This document shows, in pieces, positions 13,816 through 28,381 of a stretch of DNA of 64,000 bases. Source of the DNA: the human T2T-CHM13v2.0 reference genome, Homo sapiens; assembly GCA_009914755.4 (NCBI GenBank), contig CP068257.2, forward strand, positions 40,416,001 through 40,480,000. The letters are read 5' to 3'. How positions within the stretch are numbered: position 1 is the first letter of the stretch; each line of letters opens with the position of its first letter. The position numbers and the translations under genes are program-made. The notes beneath the pieces were generated by a model. It had not been told where the DNA came from. It ran no database searches and was given only the letters and a program-made list of their open reading frames with translations.

Positions 13816-15706
13816 TAATAAGCATATGTCCTGCAAGCCCTTGAGCTTGTGTGCTTTGTTACAGCAGTGACGGGAAACTGACACATGGGTTTTACCCTTG
13901 GCAAAGGCAGGGAAACAGGCAAGGTTTCACAAGAAAGGAAGCTGTAAGATCCCGAAAGTCACTAGTTCTGGAGGACACTGTCCTTCCCACAGTATCAACA
14001 GACCCAGGTCTGTTTTCCACGGTTCTTCTCTGACTCTCTGGTTGAAACTTATCCAGGGAGTTTCCCAATTCTTGTGTGTGTGGGGGGGTCATCTTGCCCA
14101 ACCCTGGCCAGGTTGGAGCTTGGGCCAGGTGCCCTGGGCTGGCTGCAGGGCGGCTGCTGGGGGTGTCCTGGCCACTAGTTCTGACGGAGCTCCAGCCTCT
14201 CCTCACCTGTCATGAGCAGGTGAGGAGACCTGCCCACATGACCTGCCCCTCCCCATCCTGAGACGCTGGATGCCCACGTTTTCTTTTTGCCGCCATTTCG
14301 GAGTCTGCTGGGGAGGAGGGCGAATGCCGTGGCCCCCCTTGTCAGGCGGCCCTGCTTATCTCTGCAAGTTGTCTCTGGATGTCTCACAGGAGCCTTCACA
14401 ACTCCAGGCCCTGGAGGTTGGCCGAGCCCTTGAAACTTCCCCAGCAGCCCTGGGGCCTCATTGCTGGGTTTCAGCCTGCCGCACTGTTCCCTGGGGCTCT
14501 GGCGCTGAGAGGCCCCTCCCTCTGAGGGGCTCAGTTGCTTGGAGTCTGTTCAGCAGCTGGAAGAGGAGGCGGTGCTTCTTCACTGAGGCTCTCTGCCTCA
14601 CGTGCTTTGCCATCTATGTTCTGAGTTGATGTCTTGACAAAGACCCCCTCCTTGGTCGTGAGTGACAGAGCAGGGGCCAAGCTCCCTGTATCTGGTGACC
14701 TTGAGCCCCTTCTGCCATGCCCAGCGGGCTTCTGTCCCTTTTGCTTCCAAGTCCCTGTTTTCCACGATGGTAGCTTTGAGCTCTCCACTCCTTTGAAACC
14801 CCGACCCTAATGATGCCGGAGGGAGCCCTCCATGCTCAGAGGACCAGCTGCAGCCACCTCTTCAAATTCCTTTTGACTCATTCTTGCGTCATCACTGGAT
14901 GCGTGGTTGAGTCCTTGCTTGGTAGCAGGGGCTAGGGATTCTGTGGTTATTCCGGCCCACTAGGAGTTTACAGTGTCATGGAGACTACCAAATACAGAAC
15001 TATGCAAACATCTAATTCCATTGTGATGAGGGGTATGATGAGAAGGTTCAGGGCAGCGCGGCAGGGCCCATATGGTTTCAGGGCCAGTGAGGCCATCCAT
15101 GAGTGTGATGTTTAGGCTGAGAGTAGACACCTGAGTGGCAGGGAATGGACTGTGTCTGTGTGTGTGCAGATGTGTATGTGCTTTTGCTTACCACAGGGCA
15201 GGACGCCACATTCCAGATACGTTTGAAAGGACGTCCGACTGCTCGTTCACTTATCTGTCTGGGAACTGCTCCTGGAGCACCACAATGCCAGGCCCAGGCT
15301 GGGGCATGAAGCAGTGTGGACTGAAATGGGGAGTGGACGCCAGCGAGTGGTCACTGCCTTCTCTCTGGAGGGAAGGAAGGTAGCAGCTTGGGCAAGAGCG
15401 ATGGCCAGGAGAGCAGGGAGGCTGAATGGAGAAAGAACGGAGAATGGTCAGAAGGTCCTGGGTGCCCCAGGGCCAGAGGCTGATTGAAAGTGCTGGAAGA
15501 GGCACAGGGCAGGCCCCAGGGGCCTCTAGTCTCCAGCATGAACAACTGGGAGACCTTGGGGTCCCTTGAAGGAGAGAGGCAGGCACAGAGAAGTGAGTTG
15601 TGGGGTCAAGGGGCTGTGAGCTCCTATTCCCGCTTCTCCTGGGGTGAGTGATGGTGGGGAAGCAGGGAGTGCAGCAGAAAGAAGGAGGGGCGCCTCAGAG
15701 AACCCC

Positions 15707-16120
15707 ATGTGACTGTTCTGTGGCCCTGATACGACTGTTCTGCGGCTCTGATGTGACTGCTCTGTGGCTCTGAAGTGACTCTTCTGTGGCTCTTATGTGT
15801 CTGTTCTGTGGCTCTGAAGTGACTCTTCTGCAGCTCCAATGCAACTCTTCTGTGGCCCTGATGTGACTGTTCTGCGGCTCTGATGCGACTGCTCTGTGGC
15901 CCCGATATGACTATTCTGCGGCCCTGATGCCACTCTTCTGCAGCTCTATGAGACTGTTCTGCAGCTCTATGAGACTGTTCTGCAGCTCTATGAGACTCTT
16001 CTGCAGCTCTATGAGACTGTTCTGCAGCTCTATGAGACTGTTCTGTGGCTCTGATGTGACTCTTCTGCAGCTCTGATGTAACTGTTCCGTGGCCCTGATC
16101 GACTGTTCTGTGGCACCCAC
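15707..16120. repeat. 21-bp minisatellite (VNTR) of about 20 units.
   Basis: There are near-perfect tandem units gcagctctatgagactgttct and variants ctgatgtgactgttctgtggct. The 223-aa minus-strand ORF (AAEQSHR repeats) is an artefact. Confidence 0.9.
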
Positions 16121-16592
16121 ATTCTTCAGAGCCACACTCAGATGGAAGCTTTGCTGTGTGCAGGGGATGAAACCAACTGTCATTCATCCTGCTGGAGGCC
16201 AGGATGTCTGCCACACCCCCCGGGGCTGCCCCCTGCCTGTCTTTCCTGAAGACGTTCTCTCTCTGGCCCTGTTCCCAGGGCAGGCTGAAGGACAAAGGAC
16301 AGGAAGGTAAGGTCCCAGGAGTGACCCCCAGTGTGGAGGATGAGAGTTGTTGGATAAATGTCCCAGCTCCCTCCTCCCTCCATGGGGCAGTTCTGGGGCA
16401 TGTTCTGCTCAGACCTCAATGCAGTCCCAGTGGGATGAACCGAAGTTCCCTCTGGCAGGGATCCTCTCTCTAGGGTACCTGCACTCCTGCCTTCACTGTG
16501 CTTCCTGAGATCACCCCCAAAATCAACTGCTTGCCCCCAAATCTTTGTCATAGGGTTTTCAAGAGAGGGACGTGAAGCAAAGACACTCATGA

Positions 16593-16985
<393 letters not shown>

Positions 16986-18971
16986 TAGGAATAATGCTTG
17001 GTGAAACATTTTATTGAGTCATAAAGGTTCTAATTTACTTATTTGGAGCTAGATTTTTCTGACATTTAAAAGCTTGTGTCTCAATTAATTTGCCGTGTAA
17101 AAACAACACGTGGCTGCACACTGCCGTCCCACCCAGGTTAGGTATGAGGAGGAGGAGGGGAGCAATCCCGCAGGCATGGATTTGGGGGCGGGGTGACCTT
17201 CCTAACATGTTTTAACTTACACCGTGGAGGCACCTTCAGCTGTGCCTGCATCTGAGGTCAATTCCGATTCCCACATCCACCCCGCTACACACACCTCTTC
17301 CCTCCATTCCATCCCGCTAGTCTCTCCTGCAGGGTGAGATCTGAAATAAACAGAAATACTGCAGATGTCAGAAAGCAGGTGTCTAAAGCACCCTGCGCTC
17401 TTGAGCCTGTGGCAGCTGCAGGTTTTTAAATTGATAGCAGGGGTGAATCAAGAAGGCAGATGCTTTGCTGTGGCCCCACCAAGGGCCAAGGACAAGCGGA
17501 GGCTCTGTTCACAGTCACTCTTCCTTCTAAGACTCCAGGTCTGTGATGTAATTACCACCAAAAGCAGAATCAAGCCAAGTTGTCCAATATGACTTAATTA
17601 ATTATATTTCACCTGTAACAGTGACTAACTGGTCCATACTTGTCGGGCCTGCTCTGGTGGACGGTAGGTCAGTCTCTGCTGGCCCCTTGATGCTCATCTG
17701 TGCTGCCTGAGGATGTGACAGCGGCCCATCCCGCTACGGGGCCCAGGTGTGCTGCTTGGGGGAGGCAGCAGGACTCTGAGGACCACAGATTTAAAAAAGC
17801 ACAATATTTTGGAGCATCTTTTTACCCTTTTGTTATGGAAAGGTTGTCCCATCCCTTGATCCTCCCACAGATCCCTCGTCTCAGTGCTTGGAACTTGCTT
17901 GGTTTAAGAAGTCAGAACAGGAGGGCTGTGATAATCACACGCTGATGATTGTGAGGCACAAGGGTTGGTGGTGTCTGCCTGAAGGGTGGGGAGGGGAATG
18001 TGCGAGCCGCAGGACGCCCACCAACGCCGAGGGGCGAGGCACAGGGAATTCTAACCTCCCAGCAGTGGGTGGTCAGCACGGGATCTACTTTAATACCATG
18101 AATAGTGTTTCCAATGACATTAACAGTGACAATGGCAACTAAAAGCACGCTCCGTTTTACAAAGTGCTTCACATCCATGGTTTTGTTTGATCCTGATGAT
18201 AGCTTGTGAGTGAGGTTTTCTTTATAAAGCCTCATTTCACCCAGGAGGAAGCTGGGGCTCAGAGAAGCTAAGTGCGGCCCTACCAGCCAGTAAAGGATAG
18301 TGCCGGGGCCCAGGGGACCTTCCGAGCCTCGTGGCTGGGCTCTGGCTGGGTTTGGTGACAATGGCTCTTTCTCTGGACAGTTGTGGGTGCACAGGAAGGT
18401 GGCCCCGTGGGCCTGGCTGCAGCAGCTCCATCTGTGAGTTCCCGTCCAGTCCCCAAGAGCCAAGGGCATCACTTGTCAGACGACCGACCGAGAGCCACGT
18501 GAAACCGTGGGCCTTCGCTGGTGTCCCTTTAGAAGCTCGAAGATATCCCGCATGTCTCACAGTTTTGGCCTGAGGCTTCCAGCCCACCTCACGTATCCCA
18601 TTCCACGCTCCTCACCACCCAGCCTGCCTCAGCTCGGTGTCTTCTGGGCTCCTCATTCCAGCCTCGGGGCACCTCCCTGCAGCCCCATGCCTGCCTCCTG
18701 TTCATTGTGGCTTTGAGCCCCCAGAATGGGTTTCTTTGGGAGCTGGTGGTCTCCAGCATTGGAGGTAAATCCTGCAGAAGTTGGACCCCCAACTTCCATC
18801 ATCAGATGGACTCGACGTAGCTGTTTATATCTTCAGCTGGGCAGCCACAGCATGGGTTTGGTTGAAGGGAGAAGAGAGAAATTGATTTCAAAAGTTGATA
18901 ATTAAATGTGTATGATTTTCTTATTTTTCTCTTTCTAACTTTAAGAGGATCTTCTTGGTCACAGATCCTGG

Positions 18972-19287
<316 letters not shown>

Positions 19288-19774
19288 TGAACACTAAGCC
19301 CAACCCTCCTCTGGCCCAGTCACCGGCTTTCACTTGTCCTCATGGGCCATCTCCCGCACCTCAGCCCTACCCGACCTGCTCCTCTGGTTCTGTTTAGTCT
19401 TGTCTGGGCCTCTGTCAGCCAGTGGCCACCAGAGGAGGTGAAGGCTGGGTCACACAGACTCCCTCCTCCCCATTGTCCCTGAGCCTCTCAGGCAGACCTG
19501 TTTTAGGGCTTGGGGGGTGTGGAGGTCTCCCTGGGGGCTGGCTAGGATGAGCCCAGGGAGGTGGCTGGGGATGGAGTGAAGGATGGACCCTGTAGAAGCA
19601 GATCCTCAGTCCTGACCATGCCCTCCTCCAGGACCCTGAACAGCTAGGCCGGGCACATGCCAGCGCCTTCCACTCTTCCTGCCTCTCGTCTCCTGAGGCT
19701 GTGTGGGTGGGGGTGGATGGGGCATTAGTACAAATTTTCCCACCTTCAGACTTTCAAGAGCCATGATTCCCATG

Positions 19775-19996
19775 TTTGTTTGTTTTTTGAGACAGATTCT
19801 TGTTCTGTCACCCGGACAGGAGTGCCGTAGCTCAATTTTTTGTTTTTTGTTCTGTTTTTTTTTTTTTTTTTTTGCTTTTTTTTTTTTTAGTAGAGATGGG
19901 GTTTCACTATGTTGGCCAGTCTGGTCTGGAATTCCTGACTTCAGGTGATCCACCCGTCTCAGCCTCCCGAAGTGCTGGGATTACAGGTATGAGCCA
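19775..19996 (-). mobile_element. Internally deleted or rearranged Alu.
   Basis: The right-monomer end (gagacagattcttgttctgtcacccgg) is followed by long T runs and then the left monomer (..ggtttcactatgttggccag..gagccacc). Confidence 0.7.
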
Positions 19997-21042
19997 CCCC
20001 ACCCCACCAAATCTCATGTTTTTACTGCCCTTCCCTTCCCAGATGACTGGAAGCCCATCTTGGGATAGTCCCCTTCCCTTCCTGTCCTACTTAGAACAGC
20101 TACATTCCAATGGTCCCTTGTAGTTGGCTGCGTGTCCTGGTGTCTGTCAGGGCACAGAATGCAGCTGAGGCACCTTGAGTCTGAAAAGTTGGAAGGACGG
20201 AGAATTCAAAATTGGCTTTGAGTTGAAAATGGAATTCAAATACAGTCAGCTCTTCTTGAGTATTGGAATTAGTGGTAGAGGGTGTATTGGAGGTACAGTA
20301 ATGATGTGTGTTTGAATGTCACCCCTCCACTCCGTCCCAGTGGTTCTGTATGTCTAACTCTATCTGACTTAAGCTCATATGACCCATATTACCCTCCCCA
20401 GACAACCCCCAAGAGGGTGTGCATGGGCGAGGGGAGGTGGGGGGGGGTTGCTGGCTGCTCAAGAGCGACATGGAGGACCAGGGCCGCACAAGCTCATTTG
20501 GAAGCAGATGGGGACAGTTACCTCTAACAGCTTCATGACTGAATGACACCACAACCACTGGTGTCCTTGGCCATCAGAAATCCCTTTCCCCAAGGGAGTG
20601 GGGAAGCTGCTACGTGAGCTAGCTACATAATATCAACTAGAATTAGAGGCGCTTGCTTTCCATGTTGAACTTAATCATAGTTTGTTATTACTTCCCATCC
20701 CCGCCTGGCTTAGTTTGTTCATTGTGCCCCTATAAAGAGTGCTGAGGCTGGGTAATTTATATATACATATATGTATGTACGTATGTGTATGTATACATGT
20801 ATAGTTTATTTGGCTCATGATTCCAGATGGCTGCAAAAGTCCATGGTTGGGCGTCTGCATCTGGGGAGGGCCTCAGGCTGCTTCCACTTATGGGGGAGGG
20901 CAAAGGGGAGCTGGGTGTGCAGAGACCACAGGGCGAGAGGGACCCAGCGGGAAGGAGGGGAAGTGCCAGGTCCTTTTCAGCAACCAGCTTTCTTGGGAAC
21001 TAATAGAGTGAGAACCCACTCAGCCTTAGGGAGGGGCGTTAG

Positions 21043-21432
<390 letters not shown>

Positions 21433-21867
21433 TAAAGGATCTGGACCTGGCAGGTGATCTGGCAGGTGACTTTAGGTCACTATGGGAGTCCTTTAACTTT
21501 TACACAACTGCAATCTCCACGTCCACCTCTGCTTAAATCACACGGAGGCCGGCTGCCCAGCAAGTTTGAGAGCAGCACTTTATGAGTTTTCTGCTGATCA
21601 TTCCCCTAAAGTGAAGTGCAGCCAGCCAAGGTAGTTATTCAAAACCTCGCTCAGTGCCCACTTGGCTTCCTCTGCCCAAGACAAGATGGCTTGCTCAGGA
21701 AGAAACACCTGCATCCCCAGTGGCAGCATTGTTGCAGGGCAAGGAGCAGCATCCACGACTCTTGTCCTTTCTCTGTGTCTCTAAATGCAAAGGCCAAACA
21801 TGGGACATTTCAACAGATTCAAGCCAAGGAGAGGGTGGGAGAATCATAGTCTTTAAAATTTGTTTTG

Positions 21868-22133
21868 GCCGGGTACAGTGGCTCAGGCCTGTAATCCCAG
21901 CATTTTGGGAGGCTGAGGCGGGCGGGTCACAAGGTTAGGAGTTCGAGACCAGTCTGGCCAACATAGTGAAACCCTGTCTGTACTAAAAATACAAAAATTA
22001 GCTGGGTGTGGTGGCACACACCTGTAGTCCCAGCTACTTGGGAGGCTGAGGCAGGAGAATCGCTTGAACCCAGGAGGTAGAGGTTGCAGCCAAGATCGTG
22101 CCATTGCACAGAGCAAGACTCTGTCTCAAAAAA
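21868..22133 (+). mobile_element. Alu.
   Basis: The sequence runs ggccgggtacagtggctcaggcctgtaatcccagc...ctctgtctcaaaaaaaaa. Confidence 0.9.
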
Positions 22134-22699
22134 AAATTGTTTTTAAAACAATAAGGCAGGATTTAGACATTGGTAACTGACTATCCCATGTTTATTTGAA
22201 GTACCATGGAATTTTAGTGGCAGTATTTATTCAAAACCTGTCTCAGTGTGAAAAAAATATTTGGTTTCCCAGAGACTGTGCTGGGGGAGGAAGAATTCCG
22301 GGAAGCCACAATTGGGCTTAAGCATCTCTAGTCCAAACAGTTGGGGAGCCATCGGTTTCCATGTCTGTCGGGTAATTGAATGACATCATTGGGCTGAATC
22401 CGGGGTGACTGTGCGGCAGGGGGCTTTCGGCTTCGAGGGAGAGAGTCTCACCATTTCTTACCTATAGGAAAAATACCCATTGCGCATCTGAGAATTTAGA
22501 GGGTAAGTAATGCCCAACACCAAGCTAGAATATTAGGCCTTGGGGAAATTTATTTTGGCTGAATGGGATTTATTTTAAGATTCTGAAGTCATTACCACTG
22601 CACTTTATTTTCTGAGTAATGTGCCTGTCTTGTAGACTCTCGGGAGGAAATGCTTCACTCCAGCTTTATTTAGGTCATTACCACAAGGCCAAAGCAAAG

Positions 22700-23100
22700 A
22701 CCACGTGTGAGGTCACTGACTGGCTGCTGCCAAGGGCAGGTTTATGACCGTGTAGTGGATGCCTTCCCGGCAGCCCCGCCACCAGGCTGGCTGATGCACA
22801 TGCCCAGCTCCCGCACGATGCTTTTTAGCCTACAAGGTGCTGGGCTGTTAAGGGGCGGAGGTTCGGGGAACAGGGGCTACGCCAACGCACAGGTAGATAG
22901 GGGCTGGTCTGCTTCCCCTGGGGCTTCAGGAAAACATTTGAATGTTTCTTTCTTCCCCAGTAACAATGAGCAGGTTGCTCGGACCACTTGCCGGGGGCGT
23001 CTAACCGACCTCTTCTACGCCAGGCATATTAGCCGCTTGTCACGGGTCAGTGACAGATGGAGTGGACGGTAGTAGGAATCTGTATCGGAAATCTGTGTCC
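22700..23100. other. CpG-dense patch (about 20 CpG in about 400 bp) within otherwise CpG-depleted DNA.
   Basis: CpG dinucleotides (ccgtgt, cccggc, ccgcac, ggcgga, ttcggg, tacgcc, aacgca, ctcgga, gccggg, ggcgtc, accgac, gccgct, cacggg, gacggt, atcgga, tccgac) were counted by eye. No recognisable repeat family. Confidence 0.4.
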
Positions 23101-23156
23101 GACCTTCCTTTACTGCTTCCTGGGCTTAAAAACCTTGATTAAAATGTTTGTCTCCT

Positions 23157-23497
23157 GGCTGGGTGCAGTGGCTCTCTAATCCTAGCATTTTGGGAGACTG
23201 AGGCAGGAGGATTGCTGGAGCCCAGGAGTTCGAGACCAGCCTAGGAAACAAGGCAGAAACCCCATCTCTACAAAAATAAAAATAAATTAGCCAGGTGTGG
23301 TGGCCTACGTCTGTAGCCCAGTTCCTTGAGAAGCTGAGATGGGAAGATCACTGGATCCTCCCACCTGGTTAAGCCCAACCAGGAGGTTGAGGCTGCAATG
23401 AGCTATGATTGCACAACTGCACTCCAGCCTGGGTGACAGAGCAAGACTCTGTCTCAAAAAAAAAACAAAAACAAAAACAAAAAAAGGGCTTCTTTTT
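23157..23497 (+). mobile_element. Alu with a long (A/CAAAA)n tail.
   Basis: The sequence runs ggctgggtgcagtggctc...gcctgggtgacagagcaagactctgtctcaaaaaaaaaacaaaaacaaaaacaaaaaaa. Confidence 0.9.
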
Positions 23498-25259
23498 TTT
23501 CCCCCTCATAAAAGGCATATCCTACACCAAGTTTTCCTCAAATATGAATAGGCCCAAGAACCACCTGTAGATCTTGTAGAGCTGCAGATTCGGATTCAGT
23601 AAGTCTGGGACAGGGCATAGGAGTCTCGCAAGCTCCCAGGTGACACTGATGTTGCTGGTCTGGGGCCACACTTTGAACAGCCGGGCCCCAAGCCTCTCTC
23701 GACTCCAGGAGACATCCAGGGCTGGCTTGCTCATTGCTTCTCCTTAGCATGGTGCGGTGCCCACTCTGGGTGCCGGGGTCCACGTCCCCATCATTATTAT
23801 GGTCAGCATATAGCTGTGACCTTTCTGACATCAATGTGGATGTGCGATAAGTCCATGTTTGCGGGAACCTAAGGAAAGACCCACTTACTCATCATCTATG
23901 AAGGTGTGGGTAGGAGACAAGAGAGCCGTGCAGAGAAACGAGAGTCAGGAAGAGAATGAGGAGCTCTGGGCATGGAGATGGACACCAGGGACCAGTGGGG
24001 AAGCTGAACGGGGCCTGGGCCTCTGCAAAGAGACCTGGCGGGGAGGGGGCAGAAGTGGGGTGCTCACCTGTTGGCATGTCCAGGGCGGGGTGGTGGCAGA
24101 TTCAGGCTGAAGTTCAGGCTGAGCCCTGGAGACCCAGGCAGAGTTGACCCTGCCTCCTGGGGACCAAGGAGCCTTCAGTGAACTGTCACCCCCTACTGCA
24201 GAGCCCAGGACGTGCAGACAACATGTTTTGAATGAATGGAGTGGAAGTCAGGTACAAATATGAGACAAGGGCCTGATGCTGTGTGTAATGCTGGGTCAGA
24301 CCCGTGGGCAGGTGAGCAGTGCTTGCTTAGAGGGGACCTTGGGCCTGGTTTCCCTTGCTCTGTGGTCCTGCTTCTGAGCTGAGTAGCTGTGGACCTATCG
24401 TGGGGAGGAGGAACTCAGAATATGCCCAGCTCAGAGTCTGGGTCTTAGAAGAGAGAAACTGGGGGCGTGGTGCAAGCCCTGAGGGCATTCAGCTGTGTGG
24501 TCCAGGGGAAACCACCATAGCTTTGGGGGGTCAGACTGTGAGGCTCAGAACCAGGCAGCCGGCCCCGCCCGTGTGTTCTACTCCACACACGCCGTGTGAG
24601 TTGCTGTTCATGTGGTCCAGGGCACTGCCTCACCCTGAGCATTTCATCCACTGGACACTGGGTATTTCTCATCGCAGAGGAGCCTGCACAGGCTACAGAG
24701 CACGACCAGACTGAGAGCTCTGAGAGGGGCCCTGGAGGAAAGAATTTGCAGCATGATGTGCCCAGTCCTTAGACCCTCTGTCCCCAGGTGTGTGGCCTGC
24801 AGCATACCTGTGCATTCTGTGGGTCACCGATGTCTCCAAGAAGGGAGCATTTTCTCCGGAACCCAGCAAGGAGCAGCTGATGAAGGCCTGCTGACTGCTT
24901 TTGGCTTTGCGAGTGCTCTTGAAACCCGTGTACTCCCCAGGAGCTCTGGGCAGCTGCTTCGGCTGCAAGAAGCCTTCACTCACAGATATGGATGCGTCCC
25001 AGGGCACCTCACTCCTGCCTTTATTCTTCCAGCCACACGCCAGGGGTCCCCAGGCCACCTCCACTGAGATTAGGCAGTGTGTTTCTATCATGATTCACAC
25101 ATTAGCCATTGTGATATACAATTTTAGCCTTAGAAAAAAGTTGCAAGAATAGTACAAAGAAACGTTTGTACACTTCAACCAATTCATTAATTGTGAGCAT
25201 TTTGTCTCATTTGCTTAATATCCTCTCTCTAGTATAATCTCTATGTATATATCTTTTCT

Positions 25260-25530
25260 TACATGTATATAGTATCATCTCTGTCCATGTACATATCTTT
25301 TCATATATATGTGTGTATATATGTGCATATACATAGATGTGTATGCAAATATATGTGTGTATGTATGTGTGTATGTAAATATATGTGTGTGTGTGTATAT
25401 ATGTGCATATACATATGTGTGTGTAAATATATGTGTATGTATATGTGTGTTTATATGTGCGGATACATATGTGTATGTAAATATATGTATGTATATGTAT
25501 GTTTGTATATATGTACACACACATAGATTT
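25260..25530. repeat. (TATG/TGTG)-type simple repeat or low-complexity tract.
   Basis: The tract reads atatgtgtgtatgtatgtgtgtatgtaaatatatgtgtgtgtg..., which can be read directly. The ORFs here (CVYMC.., YIHTY..) are artefacts. Confidence 0.9.
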
Positions 25531-26539
25531 TAGGGCAAGAACTATTTAAAGAGGTTGTGGACATCAGGTTTCTTTTCCCAAGTGCTTTGGTGTGTATTGC
25601 TAGGAATAGTCATTCTCTTATATCACTGACATTGTTATATCCTACCCTTGAACCCATCATCCTTATTCAAATAGAATGCCCTTTGCAACCACGTTTTTTC
25701 CGGTTTAGGATCTTTTCTCAAATTCATGCTGTATTTGCCTTCATGATCTTGATGATACTGAGGGAAGGATTATTTTCATTTTCTTTAGTAAAGAAAGTGC
25801 AAAACTAGAACCAACAACATCAAAGTCGCTTTTATTGAAAGGCTTGGAATCCACATCGATGGATCCTTCCCATCGATCAGCAAAATCCAAAAACCTATCT
25901 GCTGGGTGGATCTCCGCATGTGGCTGACCTCCAGGGAGCAGGTGGGCACGGTGGCCTGTTTTCAGGTTTGCAGTGTATGAGGCGACACCATCTGGATACT
26001 GGCCTCCTCCGAGTCTGTCTGACCGAGAAGGCAGCCCCTGGTTCTCCAGTCTTGACTCTGGTTTCAGATGCTGCTCTTGGATTAAAAAGCAGATTTCTGG
26101 CCACGCTCTTTGATCACAAATTTAATTACAAAATTTGCTCTAACCCCAAAGGAATGAAAACTTACCAGCTAAATGAAAGCTGCAAGTTGCTAGATTTTGA
26201 CTTGATCAGCCTGTCTTTCTGTAACCAAATAATCATTCTTTGTCCCGATGCGATGTTGGTCACCCTCAACATCAAAGCCCTTTTGTGGGACGCCTTTATC
26301 TCTCTGAGGGCCTGTGTGGTGCAGATAAGGGGAGTGAGAGGAGATGATGTGATCACCCTTGGCCCTACTCTTACATCCGGAGCCAGCGGTGGGACTTAGA
26401 CCGCAGCATCCTGACCTGACTTCCAGGCTCTGCTTCCAGCGGGAGAGCTTCTCCAGCAGGCTGAAGACACATGCAAAATTAAGATACACTTTCAGGCTGG
26501 CTTTTATGATAAAAACCCCAACTTAAAATTTTTTTCCAT

Positions 26540-26895
26540 AAGTTACTGGGGGGCAGGTGGTATTTGGTTACAAGAGTAAGTTCTTTAGTGGTGCTTTGTA
26601 AGACTTCGGAGCATCCATCACCCGTGCAGTATATACTGCACCATGTTTGTAGTATTTTATCCCTCGCCCCCCTCCAACTCTTCCCCCTAAGTCCCCAAAG
26701 GCCATTGTATCATTCTTATGCCTTTGCGTCCTCATAGCTTAGCTCCCACGTATCAGTGAGAACATATGATCTTCGGTTTTCCATTCCTGAGTTACATTAC
26801 ATAGAATAATAGTCTCCAATCTCATCCAGGTCACTGCAAATGCTGTTAATTCATTTCTTTTTATGGCTGCATAGTATTCCATCATTGTATTATGA
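26540..26895 (-). mobile_element. L1 3' end fragment.
   Basis: It is the reverse complement of the L1 ORF2 end and 3'UTR. The 81-aa minus ORF contains MEYYAAIKRNE..FAVTWMRLETIIL..QEWKTEDHMFSLIRGS. Plus-strand motifs include ggttttccattcctgagttac..atggctgcatagtattccat. Confidence 0.8.
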
Positions 26896-27439
26896 AAATT
26901 TTCAAACACACAGAAAAGTGGAAACAATTGTAAAGTAGACACTCTAGGTTCTACAGTTAATATTTGCGGTACTTTATCACACATCTACCCACCCGTTTAT
27001 CTCTCATCCATCAACCCTTGGCATCTTGTGTTTAATGCATTTCAAAGTAACTTGCGGACCTCCATTTGTTTCCCTAAATATTTCACCTGGCGTATCATTA
27101 ATTAGAGCTTCATATTTGTTTACAGTCCTTTTTTGAGGTAAGATTTAGATACAGTGTTATGTGCAAATGCTAAGTGTACATTCATTGAGTTCCAACAAGT
27201 GCATAAACTTCTTTCAAGGCTTAGAACATCCCCAGAACCCTAGAAGTTTCTCTAATGCCCTTTCCAAGCAATACCCCCTTCAATCTTCAGAAGCAAGCAC
27301 TGCTCTTATTTTTTCTTCACCACAGATTTGTTTTGCCTGTTCTAGAACTTTATAGAAATGAAGTCATGTCGTATGTAGTCAGTTCTGTCTGGCTCCTTCC
27401 GTTCAGTGTGTTTTGTGCTATATTCATGTCATTTGTGAC

Positions 27440-27760
27440 GTGCTGAGGATTCATTTCTTTTTGTTAGTGAGTAGTATTCCATTTTAAGAAGATATAATTT
27501 GTTTTTACATTCTCCTCTTAATGGGCTGTTTCTGGGTTTTGGCTATGATTCATAAAACTGGTGTGAACAAATATTTTTGTGGACATAAATTTTCCTTTAT
27601 CTTGAGTAAATATCGGATTGAAATGGTTGGGTCTGGGGTAGGTGTATTTTCGGTTTTATAAGAGACTTCCAGGCCCTTTTCCAGATGGTTGCACCACTTT
27701 ACATCCACCAGCAATGCTTGTGCGTTCCAGTTGCTCCACAGCAGCACCACTAAAGTCTTT
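27440..27760 (-). mobile_element. L1 ORF2-region fragment of an older subfamily.
   Basis: The plus strand reads ..tagtattccatt...ttccagatggttgcaccactttacatccaccagcaatg, the reverse complement of the L1 sense sequence cactgttggtgggaatgtaaa..caaccattgtggaa. The roughly 550 bp between this and 26895 is some other unclassified repeat. Confidence 0.6.
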
Positions 27761-27856
27761 TTAAAATGTTAGCGATTCCCGAGTGCAGCATGTATAACCT
27801 TCCAAAAAATTCAACATCATCTTCCGCTGTGTTTCCATCCATCTGAAGCCTGTTAG

Positions 27857-28381
<525 letters not shown>

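Noticed and set aside
15624-16295. A 223-aa minus-strand ORF with AAEQSHR repeats, the longest ORF in the track.
   Set aside because: It spans the 21-bp VNTR exactly. Because 21 is divisible by 3, the repeat stays in frame. There is no evidence of a gene.
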